IMG/VR virus record: IMGVR_UViG_3300011339_000094
Coordinates: 1 to 34,911 of that record
Reading direction: 5' to 3' (one strand)
DNA length: 34,911 bases
DNA from: a virus
Lineage: Duplodnaviria; Caudoviricetes
Shown: positions 34,857 through 34,911 of the stretch, one piece after another
Position numbering within the stretch: the first letter of the stretch is position 1
Layout of the letters: every line of letters begins with the position of its first letter
The notes under the pieces: model-generated
The model's database searches: none
Seen by the model: only the letters and a program-made list of their open reading frames with translations
What the model was told of the DNA's origin: nothing
Position numbers and translations under genes: made by a program

Positions 34857-34911
34857 TTACGACGTAACCAGGTCAGCAGCCAGGCCGTGAGCAGTTTCCG
34901 TCAAGACCTTA
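34857..34911 (-). CDS. 3' end of a major capsid allele (partial)
   Basis: Translates KVLTETAHGLAADLVTS-stop, in register with 930-984. Confidence 0.75.
   Translation of the reverse strand, partial: KVLTETAHGLAADLVTS

Larger units (their letters stand above)
1..34911. mobile_element. Complete tailed-phage (podovirus-like) genome, unit length 33,927 bp plus a 984-bp diverged terminal overlap
   Basis: Full set of terminase, portal, capsid, adaptor, nozzle, ejection, lysis and replication genes; the ends overlap at a constant offset of 33927. Confidence 0.95.
33928..34911. repeat. Right copy of diverged terminal overlap (matches 1-984)
   Basis: Constant offset 33927; ends inside the capsid gene 3' end (KVLTETAHGL vs KVLAENAHGL). 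Confidence 0.95.

Noticed and set aside
33928-34911. Diverged repeat as a DGR template/variable pair
   Set aside because: No reverse transcriptase; differences are mostly synonymous, not adenine-specific, and span about 1 kb at the contig ends

Overview
The window is an essentially complete, circularly permuted genome of a short-tailed (P22/T7-type morphogenesis) dsDNA phage. The unit length is 33,927 bp: positions 1-984 recur as a diverged copy at 33928-34911. Almost all genes are on the minus strand. Packaging and head: TerS, TerL, small basic proteins, a GIY-YIG homing endonuclease, a glycosyltransferase, a methyltransferase, portal, scaffold, major capsid, a second glycosyltransferase and the adaptor. 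These are followed by tail fibre, lysis genes, nozzle and ejection proteins. The replication module has a Cro-like HTH, a RuvC-like resolvase, a Cas4-like/DUF2800 nuclease, SSB, a primase-helicase and an iteron origin. A short plus-strand early operon of small genes lies at 16.4-18.3 kb. I found no integrase, DNA polymerase, tRNA, CRISPR array or reverse transcriptase. The most unusual signals are: (1) three perfect DnaA boxes surrounding a dif-like XerCD site between terS and terL; (2) two glycosyltransferases and a methyltransferase inside the head module; (3) a 40% acidic protein with no K/R/H, coupled to an HTH-metallophosphoesterase; (4) a putative ejected protein with a swapped low-GC C-terminal domain, and a GLL motif shared among the ejection proteins; (5) a structured intergenic RNA after terL; (6) an A_AAA_AAG -1 frameshift upstream of the holin. 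All protein family calls come from motif recognition and gene order, not database searches.
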